Positions 20,333 to 30,589 of a stretch of DNA of 64,000 bases are shown here, piece by piece. Source of the DNA: Bacillota bacterium (lineage in GTDB: Bacteria > Bacillota > JAAYKD01). The notes beneath the pieces were generated by a model. The model did no database searches. It saw only the letters and a list, made by a program, of their open reading frames with translations, and was not told the DNA's origin. The stretch is from assembly GCA_963666425.2 (NCBI GenBank), contig OY762825.2:2816001-2880000 (forward strand). The letters are read 5' to 3'. The position numbers and the translations under genes were made by a program. Every line of letters begins with the position of its first letter. The stretch's first letter is position 1.

Positions 20333-22518
20333 ACCTAACGCCCCCATCGAAAGCAATAACCACAAGTATTTTCCGATTCTGGTTGACTCTTCGACGGTTA
20401 CTACCTAATCGGAAGTGTAAAACATTTTCTGTCCAAAGTTCGAGTAAATTCCCTGCAATTGATAAAATCTATGTCATCAACCTTGATCGTGAACAGGCGC
20501 GCTGGTCTAGAATGAAGCAAGAGCTTAAGTACATTTTGGACTCATCGGGAGCTGAAATACTAAAACTCACTGAGCGCTATAGTGCGGTCGATGCCAAACA
20601 ATTCTCCTATGAGCGAGAGAAGGATGACGAAATTGATCCGTATTATACGCTTAGTGATCAACTTTTTGTAGAACCCCAACCCTTAGCTATCCCAACCCAT
20701 CTCGAGTTAAACACCCCAATTCGGATGAGTCGACCGGAGATTGCAGTCGCTCAGTCACATATCAATGTCTGGAAAAAGATTGCAACAGGTAATAATGAGC
20801 AAGTACTTATTCTAGAAGACGATACATGGTTTCATTCTAGTTTTGCTAAACAAATGGATCAGGCATGGACGGAAATTGTAGAAGAAAATAATGTGAAAGA
20901 CGAATTCGATGTTCTTTATGTATCGTATCTTGAAGTAAAACACGGTGCTCCCAAAAGTTTCCTATCGAATAATCTATTCCGACCAGTGCGTGGACTCTGG
21001 CATATGTCCGGATATGTTCTATCACGAAAAGGTGCAGAAAAGCTTCTTCGCCTGCTTCCTTGTCGTGGTCCTATCGACCTTTGGATAAATCATCATTTCG
21101 AAGATTTAGATGTATTTGCAACAAAAAACTCACTTATAAGCCAACGACGTGATATAACATCATCAAATTCATATTCTATCCTCCCTGCACTCACTAAAAT
21201 TGGTGCAATTAATAGTGAAGGCGCATCCTTATTCAATATTCGCCCAATTGAGTATCCTGTGTTTGCCTTTGGTCCGGAAGGTTCCGGTCAAACATCGCTT
21301 GCGATGGCATTGTCTATGCTAGGATACAGATGCTGCAGTGATTTTGATAATTTACCCGCTTCTGAGATGGAACGGCTTCTTGCAGGAAAAAAAGATCGGG
21401 TTTTTAACGCGTACGTAAACATCGGATCTTTGAGGGCAAAGGTCAAGATACTCAAAAGTTGTTACCCCAAAGCCAAATTCATTATTACCGCTATGAACGA
21501 TACTACTGTAGATCACGCAGTCCATAGTCTTGAGGAGGATTTGAATGGTGCCGATATCGTTGTACTTCACTTAAATGAACTAAATAAGTGGAATGTCATT
21601 TGCCAACATCTTAGGAGTGCTCCGCCTACATGTTGTTTCCCGGTACTTAAGGACCTGAGTCAAAGACCAATTCTTGCTGAAATTACCAAACTAGATCATG
21701 TTAATGAATTAAAAATACCAAGACATGATAATTCACCATGGTTAGTTAAATCTCGGAGTTGGTGGAAAGGTATTAGTGTTGTCCAACAAAAAGATGAGCA
21801 GAGAGAAAATGAAATGTTAGTTAAGATCTCCGACCGTTTAGAACATCTTGACACTCACCGCTGGCTATTGAGGAGTGATACTTTTACGGACAATTTAGCG
21901 TTATTTTGTCCGACTAACGTTGAGTTCTGTCCAGGAATCGGGGCATTATTTTCAATTAAAAAGGAATCACTTGGCGTTCGAGACTATTCCGCTGCATCTC
22001 TGTGCAGTCAAGATCAATATTTGTTCGGTAAATTCGAAGCATCCATTCAAGCCTCAAATGTGCCTGGCGTTGTAACTGGAATGTTTTTGCATCGTAATTC
22101 ACCGAGACAAGAAATAGATATCGAGATTGCGGGTAATCACACAAATCGCATTTTAGTCAATGTTTTCTATAACCCAGGTGACGAAGGAGCGAATTTTGAT
22201 TATGGTTATAGAGGTTCGCCAACCTATATAGAGCTTGGGTTTGACGCATCTAAAGAATGTCATCGTTTTACAATTGAATGGAGTCCATGCGAGGTTCTAT
22301 GGTTAGTTGACGATAAGATAGTTCATAGACGTGGGATTTGGGATCCGACACCAATTCCGAATCTTCCAATGAAATTCCATATCAACAGTTGGCTAACTCG
22401 TTCGATTCAACTTGCTGGACGAATTAACGACAGACGGCTTCCTACAATGGCAATACTAGGTGGCATCACTTTGGAGGCAAATTTCGTTGTTGGTTCTTCC
22501 AGACCTGATGAACAATAA
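20329..22518 (+). CDS. GT25 glycosyltransferase + P-loop/sulfotransferase-like middle domain + GH16 glycoside hydrolase fusion
   Basis: YVINLDR, SHINVW, ILEDD (GT25); GSGQTSLAMALSMLGY; QEIDIEIAG (GH16 catalytic motif). Confidence 0.8.
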   Translation: MNLTPPSKAITTSIFRFWLTLRRLLPNRKCKTFSVQSSSKFPAIDKIYVINLDREQARWSRMKQELKYILDSSGAEILKLTERYSAVDAKQFSYEREKDDEIDPYYTLSDQLFVEPQPLAIPTHLELNTPIRMSRPEIAVAQSHINVWKKIATGNNEQVLILEDDTWFHSSFAKQMDQAWTEIVEENNVKDEFDVLYVSYLEVKHGAPKSFLSNNLFRPVRGLWHMSGYVLSRKGAEKLLRLLPCRGPIDLWINHHFEDLDVFATKNSLISQRRDITSSNSYSILPALTKIGAINSEGASLFNIRPIEYPVFAFGPEGSGQTSLAMALSMLGYRCCSDFDNLPASEMERLLAGKKDRVFNAYVNIGSLRAKVKILKSCYPKAKFIITAMNDTTVDHAVHSLEEDLNGADIVVLHLNELNKWNVICQHLRSAPPTCCFPVLKDLSQRPILAEITKLDHVNELKIPRHDNSPWLVKSRSWWKGISVVQQKDEQRENEMLVKISDRLEHLDTHRWLLRSDTFTDNLALFCPTNVEFCPGIGALFSIKKESLGVRDYSAASLCSQDQYLFGKFEASIQASNVPGVVTGMFLHRNSPRQEIDIEIAGNHTNRILVNVFYNPGDEGANFDYGYRGSPTYIELGFDASKECHRFTIEWSPCEVLWLVDDKIVHRRGIWDPTPIPNLPMKFHINSWLTRSIQLAGRINDRRLPTMAILGGITLEANFVVGSSRPDEQ

Positions 22519-22561
22519 ATACAAGATAGATAGAGAATATCAATTCAAGCGAGGTGGAATA

Positions 22562-24172
22562 ATGAAAATATTGTCATTCAATCCGGGTCATGACGGAGCA
22601 TTTGCTTATATTGAGGATGCACATTTAATTACTTCCATTGAAGCCGAAAAACACTCTCGTTATCGTTACTCACCGCTGTCTATTCCAGATATGTTTAGCA
22701 TTCTTGGCGAACTCAAAGAAGTTCCTGATGTGGTTTGTAGAAGTGGCTGGTGGCCGAGTGATGCGAATCAGTCTGAGCAGCGTCTTAATGCTGGATATCA
22801 TGGTGTCAGTTACAGTGACATAATCGTTGGAGAACAACGGCTTTTAGGGAAGACTCCTAGATACTTCTCATCTTCTCACGAACGTTCACATCTTCTCTGT
22901 GCATTTGGCATGTCGAATTTACCCAAAGGCACACCTTGTTATGCATTGCTTTGGGAAGGGGTAATCGGATCTTTTTACAAAATAGACGCTACGTTAAATT
23001 TGATTAAGCTTGCCGATGTCATGCCCGAACCTGGTCATCGTTATGCCCTTCTCTACGGTCTAGCAGATCCAACTTTTGACAAAAGAGTTGCTGAATTCTC
23101 AAGATTTTCTGATGCTGGAAAACTCATGGCTTTGGCTTCATTTTCTAAGCGGTCCAAGCCGTCGGATGAAGAGGAGAAAATAATCGCGTTTCTAATGCAG
23201 GACTGCCTGCACCTTAAGCCCAAGGAGTGTGAAATCCTAAAACATAGCAAACACTACAATGTAGGACTTGATGATCAAGAGTTTCGAAACTTCGCAGGTA
23301 TCGTCAGTAATAGAATATTCGATCGCTTTTATCAATATGCAGAGTCAAATATGACGAGAGGTATGCCGTTGTTGATTTCAGGAGGATGTGGATTAAACTG
23401 TGACTGGAACACTATGTGGAGGGAAACTAATTTTTTTTCAGAGGTGTTTGTACCACCAGTTGCCAATGATTCAGGATCGGCTATCGGAACAGCAATTGAT
23501 GCCCAATTCTATTTTACAGGAAATCCAAAGATAGATTGGAGTGTCTATTCTGGTCAAGAATTTATTACCAATGACGCGTTCGATATATCTTTGTTTGATA
23601 CATACGAAACGAATTACGCGATGATTGCTGACATGTTGGCTAACAATTTAATCATCAGCTGGGTTAATGGAAAATATGAAATAGGACCTCGTGCTTTGGG
23701 GAATCGTTCGATTCTTGCTTCCCCATTTCATGAAAAAACGAGAGTGCGACTAAATGAGATTAAACAGCGCGAACAGTTTCGACCAATAGCGCCTGTTTGC
23801 CTGGAGGAAGATGCCAAAAGATGGTTTGGCTGTAATCAGCCAAGTCCATTTATGCTATACACTCAGCTCGTTTCTACGGATGCACTAGCTGCGGTAACCC
23901 ATATCAATGGGACAGCACGCATTCAAACAGTGTCCTCGGCAAGTAACAACCACCTGTATAAACTACTTGTAGCATTCAAAGCGCGTACCGGTTACGGCGT
24001 TTTGTGTAATACCTCCCTGAATTTTAAGGGACGAGGATTTATAAACAGTATAGGGGATCTGTCTGCTTATACGATAGAGCGAAATTTAGATGGTTTTGTA
24101 ATTGAAGGCAAAGCCTATTTGTTGAAATCATCTCCTAATTACCAAGCGTACTTGAGCATACAAAGTCTATAG
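22562..24172 (+). CDS. NodU/CmcH-family carbamoyltransferase
   Basis: GHDGA, HERSH, GGCGLNC, PPVANDSG, EIGPRALGNRS, FRPIAP and NTSLN motifs. Confidence 0.9.
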   Translation: MKILSFNPGHDGAFAYIEDAHLITSIEAEKHSRYRYSPLSIPDMFSILGELKEVPDVVCRSGWWPSDANQSEQRLNAGYHGVSYSDIIVGEQRLLGKTPRYFSSSHERSHLLCAFGMSNLPKGTPCYALLWEGVIGSFYKIDATLNLIKLADVMPEPGHRYALLYGLADPTFDKRVAEFSRFSDAGKLMALASFSKRSKPSDEEEKIIAFLMQDCLHLKPKECEILKHSKHYNVGLDDQEFRNFAGIVSNRIFDRFYQYAESNMTRGMPLLISGGCGLNCDWNTMWRETNFFSEVFVPPVANDSGSAIGTAIDAQFYFTGNPKIDWSVYSGQEFITNDAFDISLFDTYETNYAMIADMLANNLIISWVNGKYEIGPRALGNRSILASPFHEKTRVRLNEIKQREQFRPIAPVCLEEDAKRWFGCNQPSPFMLYTQLVSTDALAAVTHINGTARIQTVSSASNNHLYKLLVAFKARTGYGVLCNTSLNFKGRGFINSIGDLSAYTIERNLDGFVIEGKAYLLKSSPNYQAYLSIQSL

Positions 24173-24345
24173 CTGGGTAGATACGAATAATGTTGATATC
24201 CATACTGAAGATATTTTGAATAAATCGATTTTCCGCCAAGGGGGGTAGCAGAGTAACACGACCTCTTTTTTACTGCTACAAGCCGCATGGAGACTGCCGT
24301 GTTGATGTGTGCATAAGTGATTTTTTATGCAGTAAGGAGAAACAA

Positions 24346-24825
24346 ATGGAACAAATTTTTATGAGCTTTCTAAACACGGTTCCCGAACACTTAAGACCTT
24401 TCGTGAGCGAAATCGACGCTTATCTGCTAGACAAAAACTGCAAAAGAAGCATTAAGCCCGCGGCAAAAGGATACCTGGTTTCCTATGCGTTGCCGGTTTC
24501 AAAGAAAACGCTGCTCAATTTTGTATTTAGGAAAGGCTGTGTCAAGGCAAGAATTTATGCGACGCATGTAACAGAATATGAAGAACTGGTCAGTGGATTT
24601 CCCGAAGCAACAAAGAAAGAGATAGCGGCCGCCCTTGAATGCAAAAAGCTGACCGGACTGACCTGCAGCCCGACCTGCCCTGCCGGATATCAATTTGTGA
24701 TGGACGGTGTGGAATACAAGAAATGCCGCAGTATGGCTTTTCTTCCCATACTGAATGAGGAAAATAACCCTTTCATAAGAAAAATGATCGAAGCAGAAGT
24801 TTGTTGTTCAATGACGGACAGATAA
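24346..24825 (+). CDS. Hypothetical Cys-motif protein (copy A)
   Basis: RBS AAGGAG; CKKL..CSPTC..KKCR; duplicated at 30834. Confidence 0.8.
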   Translation: MEQIFMSFLNTVPEHLRPFVSEIDAYLLDKNCKRSIKPAAKGYLVSYALPVSKKTLLNFVFRKGCVKARIYATHVTEYEELVSGFPEATKKEIAAALECKKLTGLTCSPTCPAGYQFVMDGVEYKKCRSMAFLPILNEENNPFIRKMIEAEVCCSMTDR

Positions 24826-24857
24826 ACCTTAATTTGGATTATGCCGAGGTGCAGAGA

Positions 24858-25406
24858 ATGGTTATTTACAGAGAGTTGACAGAGTGTGATATCCTTGATG
24901 CTGCCATGTTGAAAGCATCATGCTGGGATGAAGAAACTGCAGGCACATCAAGCGAAAAACCTGATATTGTTAAAGAGCATACTTCATTTGTTAAGTGGAT
25001 GAAGACAGCGGATGAAAATGCTGATGTCCGTTTGTTATATGGTGCTTTTGATGACGAAAAGATGGTTGGCACAGTTTTTGCCAGCTTTGTCGAGTCTAAA
25101 GATGCTCCCGAACACGGATTTGAGTTGAATGGACTCTGGGTGGATCAGGGGTATCGCCGTCGGGGGATAGCATTGACTTTGCTGAAAAAAGTATGCGAAG
25201 AGTTTAGAAAACTAGGAGCAAAGAAAATGATTGTCTACAATTATCACATTGCTCCGTCAAACAGTTTTTACCTTAAATTTGGGTGTAATGTCATCTCTAC
25301 GGAATATCAAACAAAAGATAGGCTGCAAACCGATATCATCGAAGGAAATATTGAAGATCTGATCACGAGATTATCCGTGTCGCTTCAGAAAGTGGTCTCG
25401 AGATAA
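24858..25406 (+). CDS. GNAT acetyltransferase (copy A)
   Basis: LWVDQGYRRRGIA, FYLKFG. Confidence 0.85.
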   Translation: MVIYRELTECDILDAAMLKASCWDEETAGTSSEKPDIVKEHTSFVKWMKTADENADVRLLYGAFDDEKMVGTVFASFVESKDAPEHGFELNGLWVDQGYRRRGIALTLLKKVCEEFRKLGAKKMIVYNYHIAPSNSFYLKFGCNVISTEYQTKDRLQTDIIEGNIEDLITRLSVSLQKVVSR

Positions 25407-25456
25407 TTGTTCCATCGAAAACAATGCGATAAGTCCAATTCGCCTGGCCATCAGTA

Positions 25457-25485
25457 TGTTCCAAGGGGACGGGGTGCTGGCACAG
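25457..25485 (+). repeat. Core repeat, copy 3 (variant)
   Basis: tgttccaaggggacggggtgctggcacag. Confidence 0.92.
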
Positions 25486-25774
25486 ACTCACAAATTATCG
25501 ATTTATTCTCCGGATAAGGTTTCGTCTTACTTGCAGTAAAACTTTGATCTGATAAGCAAAAACATAAATTTTTTGACAAACCCAAGAATGCAGATCATTG
25601 GTTTATTGCAGCATTGCACATTCTAAATATCATGGACAAATTAGATGTCATCGAAAGCTTTTCACCTCCGGGTAGTCAACTGTATTTTATCAAGAAGAAA
25701 TCCCTGAAATTATCAAGATAAATTCCCGAAAAGAATCAAAGGTAATCCCGGGAAGAATCATAGAGGTTATTTTG

Positions 25775-25950
25775 TAGTTTGGCGCATCAAAGCATGAATT
25801 ATTCGGTAGCTTTGGCCCTTAAAAATCAGATGATGACCATTGTGACCAAACGGTCAGTCATGGCAGCGGCCATCCACTCATCAGTGAAAATACCACCCCA
25901 TTTGGAAAATTCGATGACCGTTGTGAGAATCAAGCTCTTCTTCTCGTAGT
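25775..25950 (-). pseudogene. IS21-family IstB C-terminal fragment
   Basis: YEKKSLILTT.EFSKWGGIFTDEWMAAAMTDRLV..GHHLIFKGQSYR. Confidence 0.8.
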
Positions 25951-26359
25951 TGTGCTTTTCCCATGAGTGCCAGTTCTTCCATCTCTCCATTTAGTTATAC
26001 ATCGATTGATTTGGATTAGCAAAAGCGCAAACTATTTTACAATACCTTCTTGCTTATGCAAAGAAGATTGTCAGTTCAAACCTGCTTACCTAAAAGCCTG
26101 TAATATTTGCTGTCAAATTACGGCCAAAAATTCCTGTCAGTTTGCGGCCAAAGCACTTGGCAGCAACGAAATGGTCTGGACGCATTCAAGATTGGAAGCA
26201 TATTCTCTTACAATTATCGATTTATTTTCCGTATAAGATTTCATCCCACTTGCAGTAATGCTTGTTCTGGTAAGCAAAAGCACAAAACTCTTGACAGACC
26301 CAATGCGGCAGCTTTCAGAACAAAAAAATAAACAAGTGGAAGTTTGATTTGGAGGATTT

Positions 26360-27247
26360 ATGGGAAAGAACATTTTCAAAAAAAGAATAATATTGTACTT
26401 AGCTCTTATTTATTCCTTTCTTTTTATCGGGTGGTTGTCAATATTGGCATTTTCAAATGCGTATATAATAGTATGGGGACTTTTTAGTATATTTCCAATT
26501 ATAGCAACTATTATTACCAAGAAGATTACCAAAGATCAATTCCCATGGCTTCTAAAACCAAATTTTAAGAAAAATCGGAAAATCTATTTGTTTTCAGCGT
26601 TTGCTCCGGGACTTGCCATATTCATTGGAGCAATGGCGTTTTATTTGTTATTTCCAAATGATCTGGATTTCAGTGGCAGGTATATAGTTGAAAATTATTC
26701 ACAGTATGGAGCTCCTGCTGCTCTGCATCTCACGATTGGGAATATAGTTACTATTGGCATTGGCGCAATAATAATTTCACCTTTCATTCTGCCAGTACAC
26801 ATTTTTGCTTTAGGAGAAGAAATCGGTTGGAGGGGATATTTATTACCACTTCTTCTGCAAATCACAAGTACAAAAAAAGCAGTTTTACTTCATGGATTCC
26901 TTTGGGGGATTGCTCATGCTGCATTGATATACTTTGGTTTTAATTATTCTATGGATTACTGGGGAGCTCCTTATTCTGGCATGATTATGATGATATTTGT
27001 ATGCGTGGTGTTAGGTATTTGGCTTGCTTATGTTACCATAAAATCAGGAAGCATTATTCCAGCGACCATACTACATGGAGCATCAAATGTTATTGGTGAG
27101 TTACCTATAATGGTATCCTTATTAAGTGTGAGCCGATTACTAGGCCCTAATCCAACAGGGATTATTGGTTTGAGTGGTTTGATATTGGGAGCAGTGCTTT
27201 TATTACAGAGAATGCCAAAAAATAATGATAAATTCGGAATGCCATAA
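26360..27247 (+). CDS. CPBP (CAAX/Abi) intramembrane metalloprotease
   Basis: GEEIGWRG, WGIAH, HGASN and multiple transmembrane segments. Confidence 0.88.
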   Translation: MGKNIFKKRIILYLALIYSFLFIGWLSILAFSNAYIIVWGLFSIFPIIATIITKKITKDQFPWLLKPNFKKNRKIYLFSAFAPGLAIFIGAMAFYLLFPNDLDFSGRYIVENYSQYGAPAALHLTIGNIVTIGIGAIIISPFILPVHIFALGEEIGWRGYLLPLLLQITSTKKAVLLHGFLWGIAHAALIYFGFNYSMDYWGAPYSGMIMMIFVCVVLGIWLAYVTIKSGSIIPATILHGASNVIGELPIMVSLLSVSRLLGPNPTGIIGLSGLILGAVLLLQRMPKNNDKFGMP

Positions 27248-27487
27248 ATCAAGATAGCAACGTTGAGTGAAATTGATACTTACTCTCTAGAATGGGCATT
27301 CCGGTTTTCAGCGAAAATCCGATAAACCGCTCTGGTTTCAACCCTCGCTGATGCAAAACGAAGCCAAGCTGTGGTAAAAGTTCTTTCCTTACAATTTTTG
27401 TATGCATACGATGGACGAGTGCAACGAGATTCTTACAGTGAAAGGCTTTGACAAACTAGTCGGTAGAAACAAAGGGGGTTTGATATT

Positions 27488-29671
27488 ATGACGCAAGAGG
27501 AATTTTCTGAGAAATTCCTGTCACATCTGAATAAACAGCAAAAAGAAGCGATCCAGGCAGTCGATGGTGCAGTACTTCTGCTTGCTGTTCCCGGGAGCGG
27601 AAAAACGACAGTGCTGGTGACCCGGCTTGGTTATATGGTCTACTGCCGTGATATTGCCCCGCGTAGCATTTTGACAATGACATACACTGTAGCCGCCACC
27701 AAGGAAATGCAGCAGCGTTTTTCCTCTATGTTCGGCAGTGAATACGCCGAGATTTTAGAGTTTCGCACCATCAACGGCTTGTCCGCAAAAATCATAAATT
27801 ACTACAGCCGGAACTACGGAAAAGGGAGCCCTTTTGAATTGCTCGATAATGGTGGCGAATTGGCACGAATGGTAGGACGGATTTATCAAGAAATTAATGA
27901 CGAGTACGCTACCGAGAGTACAATCAAAGATATCCGTTCTAGCATCACCTACATCAAAAATATGATGCTCACAAAAGAAGGAATAGATTCTCTCGATGTA
28001 GGCATTCTGCAGATGCCGCAGATATACAATCAATACTGTTCGGAACTTAAGCAGAGAAGACTCATGGATTACGATGACCAGATGTCGTATGCGCTTAACA
28101 TTCTCAAATCAGTCCCTGCAGTCCTTGAGCACTTTCAAGAAAAGTATCGCTACATCTGCGTTGATGAAGCTCAGGACACATCAAAAATACAGCATACCAT
28201 TATCCACCTGTTAGCACAAAAATACAGCAACATCTTTATGGTCGGTGATGAGGATCAGAGTATTTACGGTTTCCGTGCTGCCTACCCTGATGCACTAATG
28301 AGCTTCAGCAAGAACTACCCCAAGGCAAAGGTGCTGCTGATAGAGTATAACTATCGCTCTACAAAAGAAATCGTGACTGTGGCGAATGCGTTTGTGTTAA
28401 AAAATAAATTTCGCTATAAAAAAGTCATCAAACCAACCCGTGGCAACGGACTCCCAATACAGGTAATCCAGGCCGCTGATCGTTCAACGCAGTATAAATA
28501 TCTTTTTACTGTTGCACAGACCTGTGAAACCGAAACCGCTGTCTTGTTCCGCAATAATGACAGCGCCTTACCGCTCATTGATATGCTTGAGCGCAACAGC
28601 ATTCCTTACAATTACAGACAACTTGATGGAGTCTTCTTCTCCAATCGTATCGTTGTCGATATAACAGACATTATAAACTTTGCATATAACCCGCATGATG
28701 CAGATGCCTTCATGCGTGTATACTATAAATTCGGCAAGTATTTGAACAAAATAGCGGCTATCTATGCTTGTGAACAGAGCAAACGCTCTGGAAAGCCGAT
28801 TCTTGACGAACTGATCAATTTTCCGGAACTGAGCAGCTTTGCCAAGGAAGGTGTAATCAGTCTTCTGGCACTTCTGCCGATGATAACAAAAAGCAACGGT
28901 ATTAAAGCCGTCCAGCTGATATGGAATACGTCAGGTTATGGCCAGTATGTAACTGCCAATAAGCTAGATGCAGGAAAGTTTGCAACCCTATGTATGCTCG
29001 GTGAAAACGAGGCAAGCCCACGCGACCTACTTCGTAGACTAAAAGAGCTGCGAGACATCATCCAAAATCATAAAAACAGCAACTCCAATCAATTCATACT
29101 GTCCACGATTCACTCAAGCAAAGGGCTGGAGTATGATCGAGTGTTTCTGCTCGATATCTTTGACGGAATATTGCCGTCAAAGGCTGACCCGGACGTGGCA
29201 TCCCAAGAGGAGATCAAACAATACGAGGAAGATCGCAGGCTCTATTATGTAGGTATGACCCGTGCCAGGAATGAGTTGTATCTCTTCAACTGCCGCAATA
29301 CCAATTCTGCTTTTACGAGCGAAGTGCTGCGCTCTCTCCCAAGGGTAATCAAAGCCGCAGGCAGCGCTAGTTCTATATCTAAACGAAGCTTTGGTGATAA
29401 AACCTATACACACAAAGATGAAGCCGCTCCCAAACGAAAGTCCACGAACTTGCAGGGACACATAGAGGAAAAAGAGAAAGCGCGCCAAACTCAAGAACTA
29501 GAAAGTTTGCTGTTGAAGATGACCGCTGGCGGGGCTGTAACGCATAGAGTATTCGGCAAAGGTGTGATTACGGAAAATGACGGAACTTATGTTACCATCC
29601 GTTTTAGATCAGTTGGAGAAAAGAAATTCAACCTGATAATGGCAGTGCAGCATGGAGTAATTGAGATATAA
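27488..29671 (+). CDS. UvrD/PcrA-family DNA helicase
   Basis: AVPGSGKTT, VDEAQD, VGDEDQSIYGFR, TIHSSKGLEY, RLYYVGMTRA. Confidence 0.92.
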   Translation: MTQEEFSEKFLSHLNKQQKEAIQAVDGAVLLLAVPGSGKTTVLVTRLGYMVYCRDIAPRSILTMTYTVAATKEMQQRFSSMFGSEYAEILEFRTINGLSAKIINYYSRNYGKGSPFELLDNGGELARMVGRIYQEINDEYATESTIKDIRSSITYIKNMMLTKEGIDSLDVGILQMPQIYNQYCSELKQRRLMDYDDQMSYALNILKSVPAVLEHFQEKYRYICVDEAQDTSKIQHTIIHLLAQKYSNIFMVGDEDQSIYGFRAAYPDALMSFSKNYPKAKVLLIEYNYRSTKEIVTVANAFVLKNKFRYKKVIKPTRGNGLPIQVIQAADRSTQYKYLFTVAQTCETETAVLFRNNDSALPLIDMLERNSIPYNYRQLDGVFFSNRIVVDITDIINFAYNPHDADAFMRVYYKFGKYLNKIAAIYACEQSKRSGKPILDELINFPELSSFAKEGVISLLALLPMITKSNGIKAVQLIWNTSGYGQYVTANKLDAGKFATLCMLGENEASPRDLLRRLKELRDIIQNHKNSNSNQFILSTIHSSKGLEYDRVFLLDIFDGILPSKADPDVASQEEIKQYEEDRRLYYVGMTRARNELYLFNCRNTNSAFTSEVLRSLPRVIKAAGSASSISKRSFGDKTYTHKDEAAPKRKSTNLQGHIEEKEKARQTQELESLLLKMTAGGAVTHRVFGKGVITENDGTYVTIRFRSVGEKKFNLIMAVQHGVIEI

Positions 29672-29888
29672 ATTTACTGACCATGTTGCGGGCATACGCC
29701 AAGCGGCAGTAATGAAAACCGGATGTCAAGGTGACCGATATGCGGCACAGATAGGCCATCAGATTCTGTTCTCTGAGCGGAACGCTTCGCTGACCGAGAA
29801 CAACATAGGGCATTGATTCGTGGAGCAGTACACAGCTTATATGGACGTTACCCCAAAACACACGCGACAATCAAAATAAATAACATGC

Positions 29889-29936
29889 TTGATTTTCACC
29901 ACTTAAAGCATTATAATTGCTTTAGGTGGTGAAAAT
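29889..29936 (+). promoter_or_regulatory. Promoter/operator of the AbiE-like operon
   Basis: TTGATT-17 nt-TATAAT inside inverted repeat ttttcaccacttaaagca / tgctttaggtggtgaaaa. Confidence 0.75.
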
Positions 29937-30539
29937 ATGATAAAGACGATAGCGATGTTAATGGCTGAACTGAAAGAGTATGTGAATCCAACAGCTAAGA
30001 TCCGGCGGCTCGTGGATGAAGGGAAATTGATTCCCGTTGTCAGAGGTTTGTACGAAACAGATGGGAGCATACCAGGATACTATCTTGCTCCAATTATTTA
30101 CGGACCTTCATATTTGTCTTTTGAATTTGCATTGGCATACTACTCGCTTATTCCAGAAGCGGTATACAGTTTTACATCAGCAACTTTTGAAAAGAAAAAA
30201 GCAAAGCAATATACAACACCCTATGGTACATTTACTTATCGTGATGTTCCAAGCGAAGCATATCCTGCTGGTATTGTTCTGCATTCTGAGAACGGGTATG
30301 GGTTTCAAATTGCGACTCCTGAGAAAGCCATCTGCGATGAACTCTACAAAATTTCTCCTCTAAAGAACAGTGGCGATTTGGAACGCCTTTTATTCGAAGA
30401 CCTAAGAATTGACAAGGAAGAATTCTATCATCTGAAACTATCGGATTTACTTGAAATAGCGGCTCTTTATCACACGCAGAATCACAAGCTGCTGCAGGCT
30501 TATCTCAGAAGGGGAATAAAAAATGGATCAAATTATTGA
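29937..30539 (+). CDS. Type IV toxin-antitoxin AbiEi-like antitoxin
   Basis: VRGLYE, PSYLSFEFALAYYSLIPE and IATPEKAICD motifs. Confidence 0.85.
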   Translation: MIKTIAMLMAELKEYVNPTAKIRRLVDEGKLIPVVRGLYETDGSIPGYYLAPIIYGPSYLSFEFALAYYSLIPEAVYSFTSATFEKKKAKQYTTPYGTFTYRDVPSEAYPAGIVLHSENGYGFQIATPEKAICDELYKISPLKNSGDLERLLFEDLRIDKEEFYHLKLSDLLEIAALYHTQNHKLLQAYLRRGIKNGSNY

Positions 30540-30558
30540 GCAAATGTTGACGCAATAG
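30523..30558 (+). pseudogene. 11-codon stub of probable AbiEii toxin, cut off at the core repeat
   Basis: MDQIIEQMLTQ* overlapping the antitoxin 3' end, preceded by an RBS-like GGGGA. Confidence 0.6.
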
Positions 30559-30559
30559 A

Positions 30560-30589
30560 TGTTCCAGGGGGACGGGGGTGTTGGCACGG
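30560..30589 (+). repeat. Core repeat, copy 4
   Basis: One mismatch to consensus. Confidence 0.96.

Larger units (their letters stand above)
24286..25488 (+). repeat. 1.2-kb cassette, copy A (near-identical to 30774-31976)
   Basis: Collinear match at offset 6488; starts in rlmD-like METAVLMCA* and ends just after a core repeat. Confidence 0.95.

Noticed and set aside
24233-24280. gccaaggggggtagcag as an additional core copy, with an adjacent hairpin
   Set aside because: Too degenerate to count, although its position before the METAVLM remnant is suggestive.
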